From the sequence record OP617745.1: DNA of 64,000 nucleotides; one strand, given 5' to 3'. The notes under the pieces are model-generated. The model was not told where the DNA came from and searched no databases. It was given only the letters and a program-made list of their open reading frames with translations. The translations under genes were made by a program, and so were the position numbers. This document shows, piece by piece, positions 29,549 to 38,762 of this stretch; position 1 is the stretch's first letter, and each line of letters begins with the position of its first letter.

Positions 29549-29549
29549 A

Positions 29550-32210
29550 TTACTGACATGCCTCAAGACGGCGTGCCATAAACTCGGCACGTCTTGTTGT
29601 TTGACCATACCATGCAGAGTTGCGAATGTGTGCCGCCGCCAGGCGATAGTTTCCCTGTGCCATAGCACCAAGCATACCCGTAAATTGTTGTACGCCACCT
29701 TTACCCATCTGGAATACCATCTCGACTAGTACAAGTTGAGCCATATATGGGGTTTTCATCTTATAAGATGCATAGATAGAACTGGCATCGTTGATTGCCT
29801 TTGTACTATCACGAACCAACATTGCATCAGCTTGTTCTTCAGTAATACCTGAACTGAAGTTTTCACCACGTAATACTAGGTGTCCATAACCAATAGTTGG
29901 AAACCCTCTACTATCAGTATAAGTCCAGAATTTATCATTTCTAAAGTACCCTTTTGCTTGTTGATATTGTTTAGTACCTTCAAACTCTTTGAGTTCTGGC
30001 ATTAATGTAGAATCACCCGGTTTTATTTGCCAATCCACCGCAGTTTTATCTACTGTACCAATATTCATTTCTTGTGGGGAGTAATTAACCACTGTACTGC
30101 TTTTTGATGTTCTTGGTCGTCTAACCGGAACATGACGAGACCCACGTTGTGCATAACCAGAACCAATTGTTTGTATCTTGGTACTAACAACCAGTTCATT
30201 ACTATCATTACCAGACACCACTACTGTGTTAGATGATGTTTCTTTAGTAGCTTTACCTTGTATTAGTGTTTTATTTGCACATTCTGAACCCGTACCAGTT
30301 TGGGTAGCATAGAATAGACCAGGATCTACCGTACCACTAAAACCATATAAATTGGCTGAATCGACGCGAATTTCAAATTTCAAAATACCACTTGCAGTAC
30401 CAATTTCCTGTCCTTTTTGTACTACATCTTTACTATACAATGAAGTTTTCAAACCATAAAATACTGATTTATACCCAGAATTATGTACAATATACACTGC
30501 ATTATTATATATACCAACTGTACCGGCATCAGGTGCAACTACAGTAGAATTACATTGTATTTCCCAGCCATTATGATCTGTTGTACTTCCTTTATTATCA
30601 GTTATATTTTTACCCCAATACCCGTACTGACGAATAATACCATTACATGGCATTAACATGTGAAGACCTTCATATGTTTGGGAATAACCATTCATACCAG
30701 TATCAGTCATTAAATCTTGTGTCTGCACTTGAGATGTTTCTGGGGCGTATGAGATGAACTGTACGGCCTCCTGTTGTTGAGCCTGTACCAACTGTGGCTG
30801 GACGTCATTCGCAGGTTGTGGATGTACTGGTGCCGTAGTTGAACCACTTCCTGAACCATTGTAACCTGTATCTACGGTACTACCATGATTTGATGCATCC
30901 TGCCAGTTTGAAATATTATGAATATGTTCATTAAGTCCAGCATTTGGTGTTTTAAAGTCCGGTGCCATAAATTCAGCAGTACCCTTATTACCTGAAGCAT
31001 CAACTGTAAGATTCTGCCCACCACCACTGATATTAGTGGATGAATCACCGATGATGTTAGCAGTTGAACCTTTCATGGAAACATTACTACCAGCAGTCAC
31101 ATCAGTACTACTACCGCTTTGTAAACGTAAAGAAGCAGCCGTCACCAATCGTAAATCTGCACCACTATTGATAACTACTTGTCCTTCTATTTTAGAATCC
31201 AATGAACCAAGTAATTCAAGTTTAGTATTACCACTAATACGAGCATTAAGATCCTGTCCAGTTTCTATATTACATGATCTACCAGCAACCATATTAATAT
31301 CCTGACCAGCACGAATGTTAATATTTTTATCGCAGTGAATATTAATATCTCCATCACCGGTAAATGATATACGAGCAGTACCATCACGATTGATTAATAA
31401 AATATCACCAGTTGCCTCAGATAACATCAACTGAGCACCACTACGAGTACGCAAAACAATACCTTCATTGGTTCTTGCTCCCACCCTGGTATCATTTACT
31501 GGGTTGTTGAATTGTGTATCCTGATAAGTATCTGGATCATCATCCCATGAAGGAACATTAAGTTCATCATCGGTATATCCATCATCTAGTACAAAACTAT
31601 TACCCCTTGGTGTACTCATACCATATACTGTACTAATCATTTGTCTGGTACTACTTCTGTTAGCTACACCAGCTTCTTTGTCGTATAAAAGGTTTTGTTT
31701 TTTTAAACCTTCAACGATAGGAACATTGACATATTTTTCATTTTGATCAGTACTGATGGTATTTCTGTCATAATCGGTAACTGGTAATGGAGAATCTGTA
31801 CCACTATATTGTGATGTAGTGGAAGTTGCCATACCTGGAACCATTGTGTTCATTCGTTGTTCGTATATACAACCAATCCAGTAAGCTTCATGTGATCTAC
31901 CCTGAATGAATATAACAATTACTGGACAGCCTACATCGGGAGGTACCGCCCAGAATCCATAACCTTTTGGATACTGACCGTATGCATCAGCACTCGGTAC
32001 ACCTGGGGTTTTACCTGCAAATGGAGACATATAAGAACATTCAATCCATGATTTCTTATCGTCTCGTTCACTTTGTGAACCCTGAACCCATACTTTAATT
32101 TTACCACTCATAGTAGGATCTCGGTTGTCCATAACAATCGCTACCTGTGGATAAGCTGGGTCAAAACGACCCAACTGTTCTTTTGCATACTGTTTACTTG
32201 TATCTACCAT
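29550..32210 (-). CDS. Baseplate hub/tail spike (gp5-like): OB-fold, beta-helix, degenerate M23 domain, C-terminal lysozyme
   Basis: DNRDPTMSGKIKVWV..YGFWAVPPDVG, LRTRSGAQLML, GxxN/S repeats, HNGWEI..VAPDAGTV..VQKGQEIG, EFEG..YTDSRGFPTIGYGH. Confidence 0.85.
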   Translation of the reverse strand: MVDTSKQYAKEQLGRFDPAYPQVAIVMDNRDPTMSGKIKVWVQGSQSERDDKKSWIECSYMSPFAGKTPGVPSADAYGQYPKGYGFWAVPPDVGCPVIVIFIQGRSHEAYWIGCIYEQRMNTMVPGMATSTTSQYSGTDSPLPVTDYDRNTISTDQNEKYVNVPIVEGLKKQNLLYDKEAGVANRSSTRQMISTVYGMSTPRGNSFVLDDGYTDDELNVPSWDDDPDTYQDTQFNNPVNDTRVGARTNEGIVLRTRSGAQLMLSEATGDILLINRDGTARISFTGDGDINIHCDKNINIRAGQDINMVAGRSCNIETGQDLNARISGNTKLELLGSLDSKIEGQVVINSGADLRLVTAASLRLQSGSSTDVTAGSNVSMKGSTANIIGDSSTNISGGGQNLTVDASGNKGTAEFMAPDFKTPNAGLNEHIHNISNWQDASNHGSTVDTGYNGSGSGSTTAPVHPQPANDVQPQLVQAQQQEAVQFISYAPETSQVQTQDLMTDTGMNGYSQTYEGLHMLMPCNGIIRQYGYWGKNITDNKGSTTDHNGWEIQCNSTVVAPDAGTVGIYNNAVYIVHNSGYKSVFYGLKTSLYSKDVVQKGQEIGTASGILKFEIRVDSANLYGFSGTVDPGLFYATQTGTGSECANKTLIQGKATKETSSNTVVVSGNDSNELVVSTKIQTIGSGYAQRGSRHVPVRRPRTSKSSTVVNYSPQEMNIGTVDKTAVDWQIKPGDSTLMPELKEFEGTKQYQQAKGYFRNDKFWTYTDSRGFPTIGYGHLVLRGENFSSGITEEQADAMLVRDSTKAINDASSIYASYKMKTPYMAQLVLVEMVFQMGKGGVQQFTGMLGAMAQGNYRLAAAHIRNSAWYGQTTRRAEFMARRLEACQ

Positions 32211-32221
32211 TATTATTTCCT

Positions 32222-34555
32222 TTAATTGGTATCAGAATTAGAATTTGATGTAGAATCTGAACGTTTTAATGCACGAACTACTAATGCTGCCTGAAGTTGT
32301 TGTGTAAATGAACCGCCATTAGAGAACGTACTAACTACTTTATTAACTCTATAAAAAGAACTATTAAAAATTGTTGGGGTACTTACATCCAAAATACCGG
32401 TATTATCATTAATAGAAACAACTGGTTTAATATTAAGTAAAAGATATGCTTCAGTATCCAGATAGTTAGCATAATAAAAATCATCAACATCCAATGATAT
32501 TTCTTGTCCATCCTGAACAATTTGTTTAATGTATTTTAAAAAAGAATAATCACTCCATCCCAACCAGTAAGGATCTCCAACAACTTTCATGTCAAGATTC
32601 ATTAGAAAAGGGCGAACATAATAATTATCACGCATGTTACGCCTAATCATTTCTTCTGAACTACTATTATCATTAACGGAAGCACTTGTGGTAGTGTAGT
32701 TATTCTCTGCTTCAGTAGGAACTGCGTAAATTAAATTATCACGAGTGGTAATATTACCAGTATCGCTTCCAGTACCACTGTGCTCAGATGAAACGTTGTC
32801 ATTGTAATCTTCTACGTATTCTCGGTTAACTTGAACTTTGAAGTTATTAAGTTCATCCTGTTCTTCTTGTGCTCCAACTTTTTGTAATGGAATAAGTGAT
32901 TCATTAACTTTTTTAACGAATTGTTTTTGTTCATCTGTTAATACAGTACCAAGTTTTTCTTTTGTTTTTAAATCATAAGCAACTTCCCATGCATCCGGTA
33001 GTGTTTTGTACTGAACACCGTCCAGAATAAACGGAGTACTGGCATGAGTACCACCAATATTTTTAGTGTCTTGTATTGGTGTGGGGTTACGTGTTGTAGC
33101 AACAAAAAACTGTTGATCGAATTTTAAATCTAAATTTAAAATTTCCTGGTTAAGACCAGTAAAATGATAATTATAAGTTTTGGCTTTTATTTTTGTTTTG
33201 TTATCACTTGGATCTATATATTTCTTAGCCTCATTAAAAAATGTTTCAAAATTAAATCTTTCTTTTTCCAAATCTTTCTCATGAACAATATCACCGAGTT
33301 TATATGGTAAAATATTAAAAATAACTTTATATACAGTAGTATTTCGATATGGATCAAACCCCACATATTCCTGTACTGGAATGATATTAACAAATTGACG
33401 AACACTTTGTACATCTGCTGGATTACCACAGTTATCAAGTACATCATCGATTATTCTTGAAACTGGAGTACTGGCATTCCATGACAAATACTTTGAACCT
33501 TGTTGACCTGTACTTGTCTTACCTACTTCGGAACTTTGTTTAGAATCATAATTGATATATAAATCTTTAAGAGAAGGAGTGACTCTTAATTCAAAGAATT
33601 TTTGATCAGAAAGTTCACTAAACAATGGGACAAGATATCCATATTGTCTCATTGACATTTCATTTAATTTATCTTCTAAATCAGCACATAATTCGTCAAA
33701 ATATGCAGCAGTGCAGTTATATTGTTCTTTTAGTGTCCATGAATTATTATCAACTAAACTTCTTGTGTTAGCCACTAATTGCATATTGTATTTCATTACG
33801 CTACCAGTTTGAGAAGCCTGTGCCAGTACTTTAATCATACGCACTGACCATTTTCTGGTAATATCAGGAATAACTGTTGGTGCTCCATCTTTATATCCAA
33901 TAAATTTTAATTCGAGAATAAGAGGTACATCACCAAATTTCTTATAGCCAAGTTTGTTGCTTAATACAATTAATGTATCATATAAACTCATACTATTATT
34001 TTCAGTAACAGAAATTTCATATGTATTAGAACTATAACAAGTGGTTAAACCTGGAGAAGCTGGAACTGCGTTAGTAATTTTAACATCAGTAATACTATAA
34101 TTAGAGGTAACACCACTTTCAGCAATAATATATTCTTGTGATTCCCAGTTTGGCTCTTTGTTAAACATTTTGAAATCATCCGGTGATAATGCATAAAGGG
34201 AAAAATGCCATGTGTAATTATCATACTGTAATAGAACATTTTCATAATTAACTACATAGTCATTAAAATCTTTTCCATAAAATACACCATCTAATGGTCT
34301 ATCTGTGCCATTATTTTCTGGTTGTGGGTTCGCCGCAAATTTGTTATTACTAATAGCACTAACATCATTTTTAAAAGAATTTACTTTATTTTGTAATATA
34401 GAAGAAATGTCTTTTGTAGCACTACTTTCGGATGTTGTAGTACTTGTTGAGTTTGATACACTGCTTGTAGTACTACTTGATGCTGTTTTAGCTTGTTCTA
34501 CATCATCAGCAAATGTTTGTGCCTGTTTTACTAGATTACTTAAATTGAATGCCAT
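32222..34555 (-). CDS. Putative baseplate hub / tail-associated protein
   Basis: 777-aa ORF between the gp53-like and gp5-like genes; LDMKVVGDPYWLG motif. Confidence 0.55.
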   Translation of the reverse strand: MAFNLSNLVKQAQTFADDVEQAKTASSSTTSSVSNSTSTTTSESSATKDISSILQNKVNSFKNDVSAISNNKFAANPQPENNGTDRPLDGVFYGKDFNDYVVNYENVLLQYDNYTWHFSLYALSPDDFKMFNKEPNWESQEYIIAESGVTSNYSITDVKITNAVPASPGLTTCYSSNTYEISVTENNSMSLYDTLIVLSNKLGYKKFGDVPLILELKFIGYKDGAPTVIPDITRKWSVRMIKVLAQASQTGSVMKYNMQLVANTRSLVDNNSWTLKEQYNCTAAYFDELCADLEDKLNEMSMRQYGYLVPLFSELSDQKFFELRVTPSLKDLYINYDSKQSSEVGKTSTGQQGSKYLSWNASTPVSRIIDDVLDNCGNPADVQSVRQFVNIIPVQEYVGFDPYRNTTVYKVIFNILPYKLGDIVHEKDLEKERFNFETFFNEAKKYIDPSDNKTKIKAKTYNYHFTGLNQEILNLDLKFDQQFFVATTRNPTPIQDTKNIGGTHASTPFILDGVQYKTLPDAWEVAYDLKTKEKLGTVLTDEQKQFVKKVNESLIPLQKVGAQEEQDELNNFKVQVNREYVEDYNDNVSSEHSGTGSDTGNITTRDNLIYAVPTEAENNYTTTSASVNDNSSSEEMIRRNMRDNYYVRPFLMNLDMKVVGDPYWLGWSDYSFLKYIKQIVQDGQEISLDVDDFYYANYLDTEAYLLLNIKPVVSINDNTGILDVSTPTIFNSSFYRVNKVVSTFSNGGSFTQQLQAALVVRALKRSDSTSNSNSDTN

Positions 34556-34564
34556 AATAACCTC

Positions 34565-34891
34565 TTATTGGACGTTTCTCGAAGTCCCAAGATACGTTTG
34601 AATTCTTTGTGGTGTGGGTACTTTAATAACTAAACCACTTTTAAAATTATAAATTGGATCTTCACCTAATAAATCTGGATTAAGAAGTGCAAAAATATAA
34701 TACAAACGTTCATTGCCGTATAATTCATATGATAATCTCCACGGCTGTTCATCGTATTTGGCAGGAATTTCGTAATCCTGATCACTATCCGCCGCCACCA
34801 TATCTCTTGGTAAATTATAATCCAGATACCATGTCTTTTCAGTCTTTGCATATGGAGAAAATTGGCTTGGACTTGCATTAGAATTAGACAT
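34565..34891 (-). CDS. Baseplate wedge protein (gp53/LysM-like)
   Basis: YEIPAKYDEQPWRLSYELYGNERLYYIFALLNP..DPIYNFKSGLVIKVP. Confidence 0.75.
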   Translation of the reverse strand: MSNSNASPSQFSPYAKTEKTWYLDYNLPRDMVAADSDQDYEIPAKYDEQPWRLSYELYGNERLYYIFALLNPDLLGEDPIYNFKSGLVIKVPTPQRIQTYLGTSRNVQ

Positions 34892-35622
34892 TAAATAAAT
34901 CCTCCTTTGCGTAATAAGTCTCCACGCTTAAATGAATTAAGATTAAAATTTTTGGTAACATAATCCGATGTAGGTTGTTCTTCTAATTGGATAGTTACAG
35001 GGACTTTGTGTGGAACCCATACTTCGTTTTGTTGATTCATATAACCATTACTTCTTAATTGATCAAAAAAAGTTCTGGTATCCGCATCACTTAAATTAAA
35101 TGTAGTAGTGCTACTATCTACTGGAACCTGAATATAATCAACATCGTTGGTTAAAGAAAAATTATAACTTTTTAAAATAACAGGAATATCATTATATACA
35201 TATCTTCCATAAGCACTTAGTAGTAAAATCGGTGGAGGTGCACCAGCCACCGCATAATCATTATTACTGCTCATAGCAGCCTGTCTACCAAAATCCATCA
35301 AAGATACACTTCTTATGAAATGCATACATGCTAAAGTATACAGTGCTTCTGTTGGTGTATTACTAACGAACTCACCTTGAATATTAAAAATAGTATTACT
35401 CGTATTTTTATAATTATTATAATTTGAATTTGAATGTACAGGTGATTGTGTTTCATAAACTACTGAACGTTGTTCTGTAATAGTTGGGGTAACATTCCAT
35501 ACTAAACCATTAGAACTTCTAAGAAAGGATAGTAACGTTGGTGTGGAAGCATCTCCATAATCACCGTATACATAATTCGCACCCGCATCCTTTGGTCTTA
35601 ATCTTACACGGCGGTCAATCAT
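34891..35622 (-). CDS. Putative baseplate-tail tube junction protein
   Basis: TPTIT...Y...PVHSN..Y..Y.NTS, GAPPPILLLSAYG.YVYNDIPV; first gene of the baseplate operon. Confidence 0.55.
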   Translation of the reverse strand: MIDRRVRLRPKDAGANYVYGDYGDASTPTLLSFLRSSNGLVWNVTPTITEQRSVVYETQSPVHSNSNYNNYKNTSNTIFNIQGEFVSNTPTEALYTLACMHFIRSVSLMDFGRQAAMSSNNDYAVAGAPPPILLLSAYGRYVYNDIPVILKSYNFSLTNDVDYIQVPVDSSTTTFNLSDADTRTFFDQLRSNGYMNQQNEVWVPHKVPVTIQLEEQPTSDYVTKNFNLNSFKRGDLLRKGGFI

Positions 35623-35650
35623 TTTTATTTCTCCATTAGGACATTTATAA

Positions 35651-35657
35651 TATTTAT
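35651..35657 (-). promoter_or_regulatory. Putative late promoter ATAAATA
   Basis: About 29 nt upstream of the start at 35622. Confidence 0.6.
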
Positions 35658-35739
35658 ATTTGAATAAAAACTATTTTTTGTACTATAATATATACAATGA
35701 TCCATATTATGGACAACGTGCAATCAAAAGGATTTGTAA

Positions 35740-36609
35740 ATGACACGCCAACGCAGAAAAAAATATCTCAATAATGCAGATCTATTGAGAGAAATTCAAA
35801 AAAGCAAAATAACATATTGTTCTGTAATAGATCCTATATACAATATGTATGATTTCATTGTTTTTGATGAATCAGAAATCAATGAAGAGATTCTACAAAA
35901 AGCAAAAACTGCAAGAATCAAACGTCTAAATAATGAAATCCTCGAAAATACAAGAAATGTTTTGAATTGTGGAACTAAAAAAGCTCGTGAACATTGCATT
36001 GAACAGGATTTATTCTTAAAAGATGTACCAGATGATGAAGTTGTTATTAGAGTAATCACAAATGAACACATTCCAGAAGGAACACGTACAAATTTCGAAG
36101 CATTTAAACAATACATTATCAGTACTAATGGTGAATTGATTGAAGTTGCTAGAAGCCATTGGAAAGGAGATTTCGAATCAGGTGAGTTCAGTACTAGTCA
36201 TGGTAAACTTACTAATGAACTTGGTAAAATGTTTATTAAATTAGTAGAAGAAATTTCTCATAAAGCAAACTTTAGAAATTATACTTATCTTGATGAGATG
36301 CAGGGTGAAGCACGTATTCAGTTAGTAAAAAATGCATTATTATTTAAAGAAAGTATTTTCTATAAAAAAGAAAATCCATCAGCACAGCTTAACCCATTTT
36401 CATATTATACTAGCTTTACTACGAACAGTTTCCGCTCAATTTTAAACCAAGAACGAACTGTTAGAAATATACGTGATGACTTATTAGAGATTAACGGATT
36501 TACACCATCACATACACGCCAGCTTGATATCGAAATTGATATGATTAGAATAAAAAAGGAAAATGATGAGCAAAAAGCTAACCAAGATGGAAGTTCTTTC
36601 TATAATTGA
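35740..36609 (+). CDS. Late-transcription sigma factor (T4 gp55-like)
   Basis: YLNNADLLREI, LGKMFIKLVEEISHKANFRNYTYLDEM, NPFSYYT..NSF; lies upstream of gp47/gp46 as in T4. Confidence 0.85.
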   Translation: MTRQRRKKYLNNADLLREIQKSKITYCSVIDPIYNMYDFIVFDESEINEEILQKAKTARIKRLNNEILENTRNVLNCGTKKAREHCIEQDLFLKDVPDDEVVIRVITNEHIPEGTRTNFEAFKQYIISTNGELIEVARSHWKGDFESGEFSTSHGKLTNELGKMFIKLVEEISHKANFRNYTYLDEMQGEARIQLVKNALLFKESIFYKKENPSAQLNPFSYYTSFTTNSFRSILNQERTVRNIRDDLLEINGFTPSHTRQLDIEIDMIRIKKENDEQKANQDGSSFYN

Positions 36610-37735
36610 AGAATCTTGTAAAAGGCATTCATTGATATTTGTTCCAGATTTTGAATATAAAAATATTCAAACTGAAGTAGAAACTGAATGTTTGGTATGT
36701 AAATATAAATTCAAACGTAGTGTGTTTTCATTCAAATACAATGATTATGGATGTGCTGATTGTAATGGTCAAATACCATACAGTATTGAAAATTTAGTGG
36801 AACGTTTTTATAGAAAACGTCCACCACACAAAACAAATATTATTCTGTTATCTATACCTAAAGAATTTTCTTTGGGTAATAAAACATTGTTGGAATTAGC
36901 TTGTCTTGAATGTGGATTTACTTGGGATTGGTATAATATTAATAATTATTTTGATAAAAAATATGGTTGTCCTTGTTGTACTGGTAAAATTCAATATAAT
37001 CAGGAAAATTTACCATTCATTATGGAGTATGTGAGTAAATTACCAAGTAATATTAAAATTATTGGTAGACTTGATGAAGTATCACATAATGAATCTAAAG
37101 TTGATGTCAAATTTGAAGAATGTGGACATACGGAAGAAAAATCAATTAGACGATGTGTTGCTGGTAATGTTGCTTGTACAGAATGTATGATTAATAAAAA
37201 ATTCACACGCGAAAATGTTTATGAACGTGTATATGCAGCAAAACCATATGAAGAAACTGGAATAAGACTTACATTTGTTCCTGATGATATTGCTTGGGAT
37301 TCTTATATTGGTTTGACTGCTGATTGTTGTGGTATCGAATGGAGAACAACTATTTTATCAAGTTATATAGCAAATGATATCCCTTGTCAGATATGTTCTA
37401 AAAATAAAAGTAAAGGTGAAAACCTGATAAGAGAATATTTGGATAGTCACAATATTAAGTTTGAAGAACAAAAGAGATTCCACGATTGTAGAAATACGTA
37501 TCCTTTACCATTTGATTTTTATCTTCCTGATTATAATACGTGTATTGAATTCGATGGAAGACAACATTTTGAAATAGTTGAACATTGGGGTGGTGAAGAA
37601 GCATTTAAATATATTATTAAGAATGATTCAATAAAATCACAGTACTGTAATGATAAAAACATCAATTTGATAAGAATTAAATATGATGAAAATTTGATAG
37701 ATGCATTGAAAAGGAATTTAGATGAAATTATTTGA
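36563..37735 (+). CDS. Putative homing endonuclease: CxxC repeats plus C-terminal PD-(D/E)xK/DUF559-like domain
   Basis: Repeated CxxC...GCxxC units; SKGENLIREYL, LPFDFYLPDYNTCIEFDGRQHF, LIRIKY; overlaps both neighbours. Confidence 0.75.
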   Translation: MMSKKLTKMEVLSIIEESCKRHSLIFVPDFEYKNIQTEVETECLVCKYKFKRSVFSFKYNDYGCADCNGQIPYSIENLVERFYRKRPPHKTNIILLSIPKEFSLGNKTLLELACLECGFTWDWYNINNYFDKKYGCPCCTGKIQYNQENLPFIMEYVSKLPSNIKIIGRLDEVSHNESKVDVKFEECGHTEEKSIRRCVAGNVACTECMINKKFTRENVYERVYAAKPYEETGIRLTFVPDDIAWDSYIGLTADCCGIEWRTTILSSYIANDIPCQICSKNKSKGENLIREYLDSHNIKFEEQKRFHDCRNTYPLPFDFYLPDYNTCIEFDGRQHFEIVEHWGGEEAFKYIIKNDSIKSQYCNDKNINLIRIKYDENLIDALKRNLDEII

Positions 37736-38753
37736 TAAAGCGATAACATTCACCGATATTCATTTCGGAATGAAGAATAACAGTAAACAACACAATGAAG
37801 ATTGTGTTAATTTTGTCAAATTCATGATTGAAGAAGCAAAAAAGAATGAAATAAAAGTTGCTATTTTTATGGGTGACTATTTTCACAACAGAAGTAATAT
37901 TAATATTCAAACACTTAATTACGGTCTTGAAGTTCTTCAGATGCTTAATGATAATTTTGATAAAGTTTACTTTCTTGTTGGCAATCATGATATGTATCAC
38001 AAAAATAAACGAGATATAACCAGCATTAATATGGCTAAAGTATACAATAATATTGTATTCATTAATGAAATTACAACAATTAAAGATTGTACTTTTATCC
38101 CGTTTATGATTGATGATGAATATAAACAATTACCACATATTAAATCCAAATATGTTTTTGGGCATCTTGAATTGCCTGGTTATTTGTTGAATAAAATGGT
38201 AGAAATGCCTGATTGTGGAAAAGAGAATGAAGATTCTTTTAGTTCATGTGAATATGTTTTTAGTGGACACTTTCATAAACGTCAGGCTAAATTAACCAGA
38301 CATGGTACTAAAATTGTATACACTGGGAACTGTTTCCCTCATAACTTTTCTGATACATGGGACGATGCTCGTGGTGTTATGATTCTTGAACACGGAAAAG
38401 AACCACAATTTAAAGCATGGGAACATGCACCCAAATACAGAACATTCACATTATCCGAATTTTTGTCCAACCCACAATATTATGCCCAAGATGATACTAT
38501 CAACAAAGTGTTAATTGATGTTAATATCAGTACTGATGAAATTAGTTTCATTCGTGAAATATTCAGTTCTCAATATAATATCAGAGAATTTAATGCTGTT
38601 GCTAATAAACAAAATATAAAAGAATTACTTGAATCTGAACAGGAATTCGAAAATACAGAATCAGTCGATGAAATTGTAATTCAACAAATTATGGAACTTG
38701 ATAGTACAATGTTCGATAAATCACTACTTATACAAATATATAATTCTTTATAA
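37722..38753 (+). CDS. Recombination nuclease subunit (T4 gp47/Mre11/SbcD-like)
   Basis: Metallophosphoesterase motifs TDIHFG, GDYFH, GNHD, GHLE, SGHFH. Confidence 0.92.
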   Translation: MKLFDKAITFTDIHFGMKNNSKQHNEDCVNFVKFMIEEAKKNEIKVAIFMGDYFHNRSNINIQTLNYGLEVLQMLNDNFDKVYFLVGNHDMYHKNKRDITSINMAKVYNNIVFINEITTIKDCTFIPFMIDDEYKQLPHIKSKYVFGHLELPGYLLNKMVEMPDCGKENEDSFSSCEYVFSGHFHKRQAKLTRHGTKIVYTGNCFPHNFSDTWDDARGVMILEHGKEPQFKAWEHAPKYRTFTLSEFLSNPQYYAQDDTINKVLIDVNISTDEISFIREIFSSQYNIREFNAVANKQNIKELLESEQEFENTESVDEIVIQQIMELDSTMFDKSLLIQIYNSL

Positions 38754-38762
38754 GGAAATAAA

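Noticed and set aside
28919-29729. Track ORFs 28919-29140, 29442-29729 and 29504-29698
   Set aside because: Short, GTG or weak starts without an RBS, atypical composition, and they overlap repeats, a terminator or the gp5-like gene.
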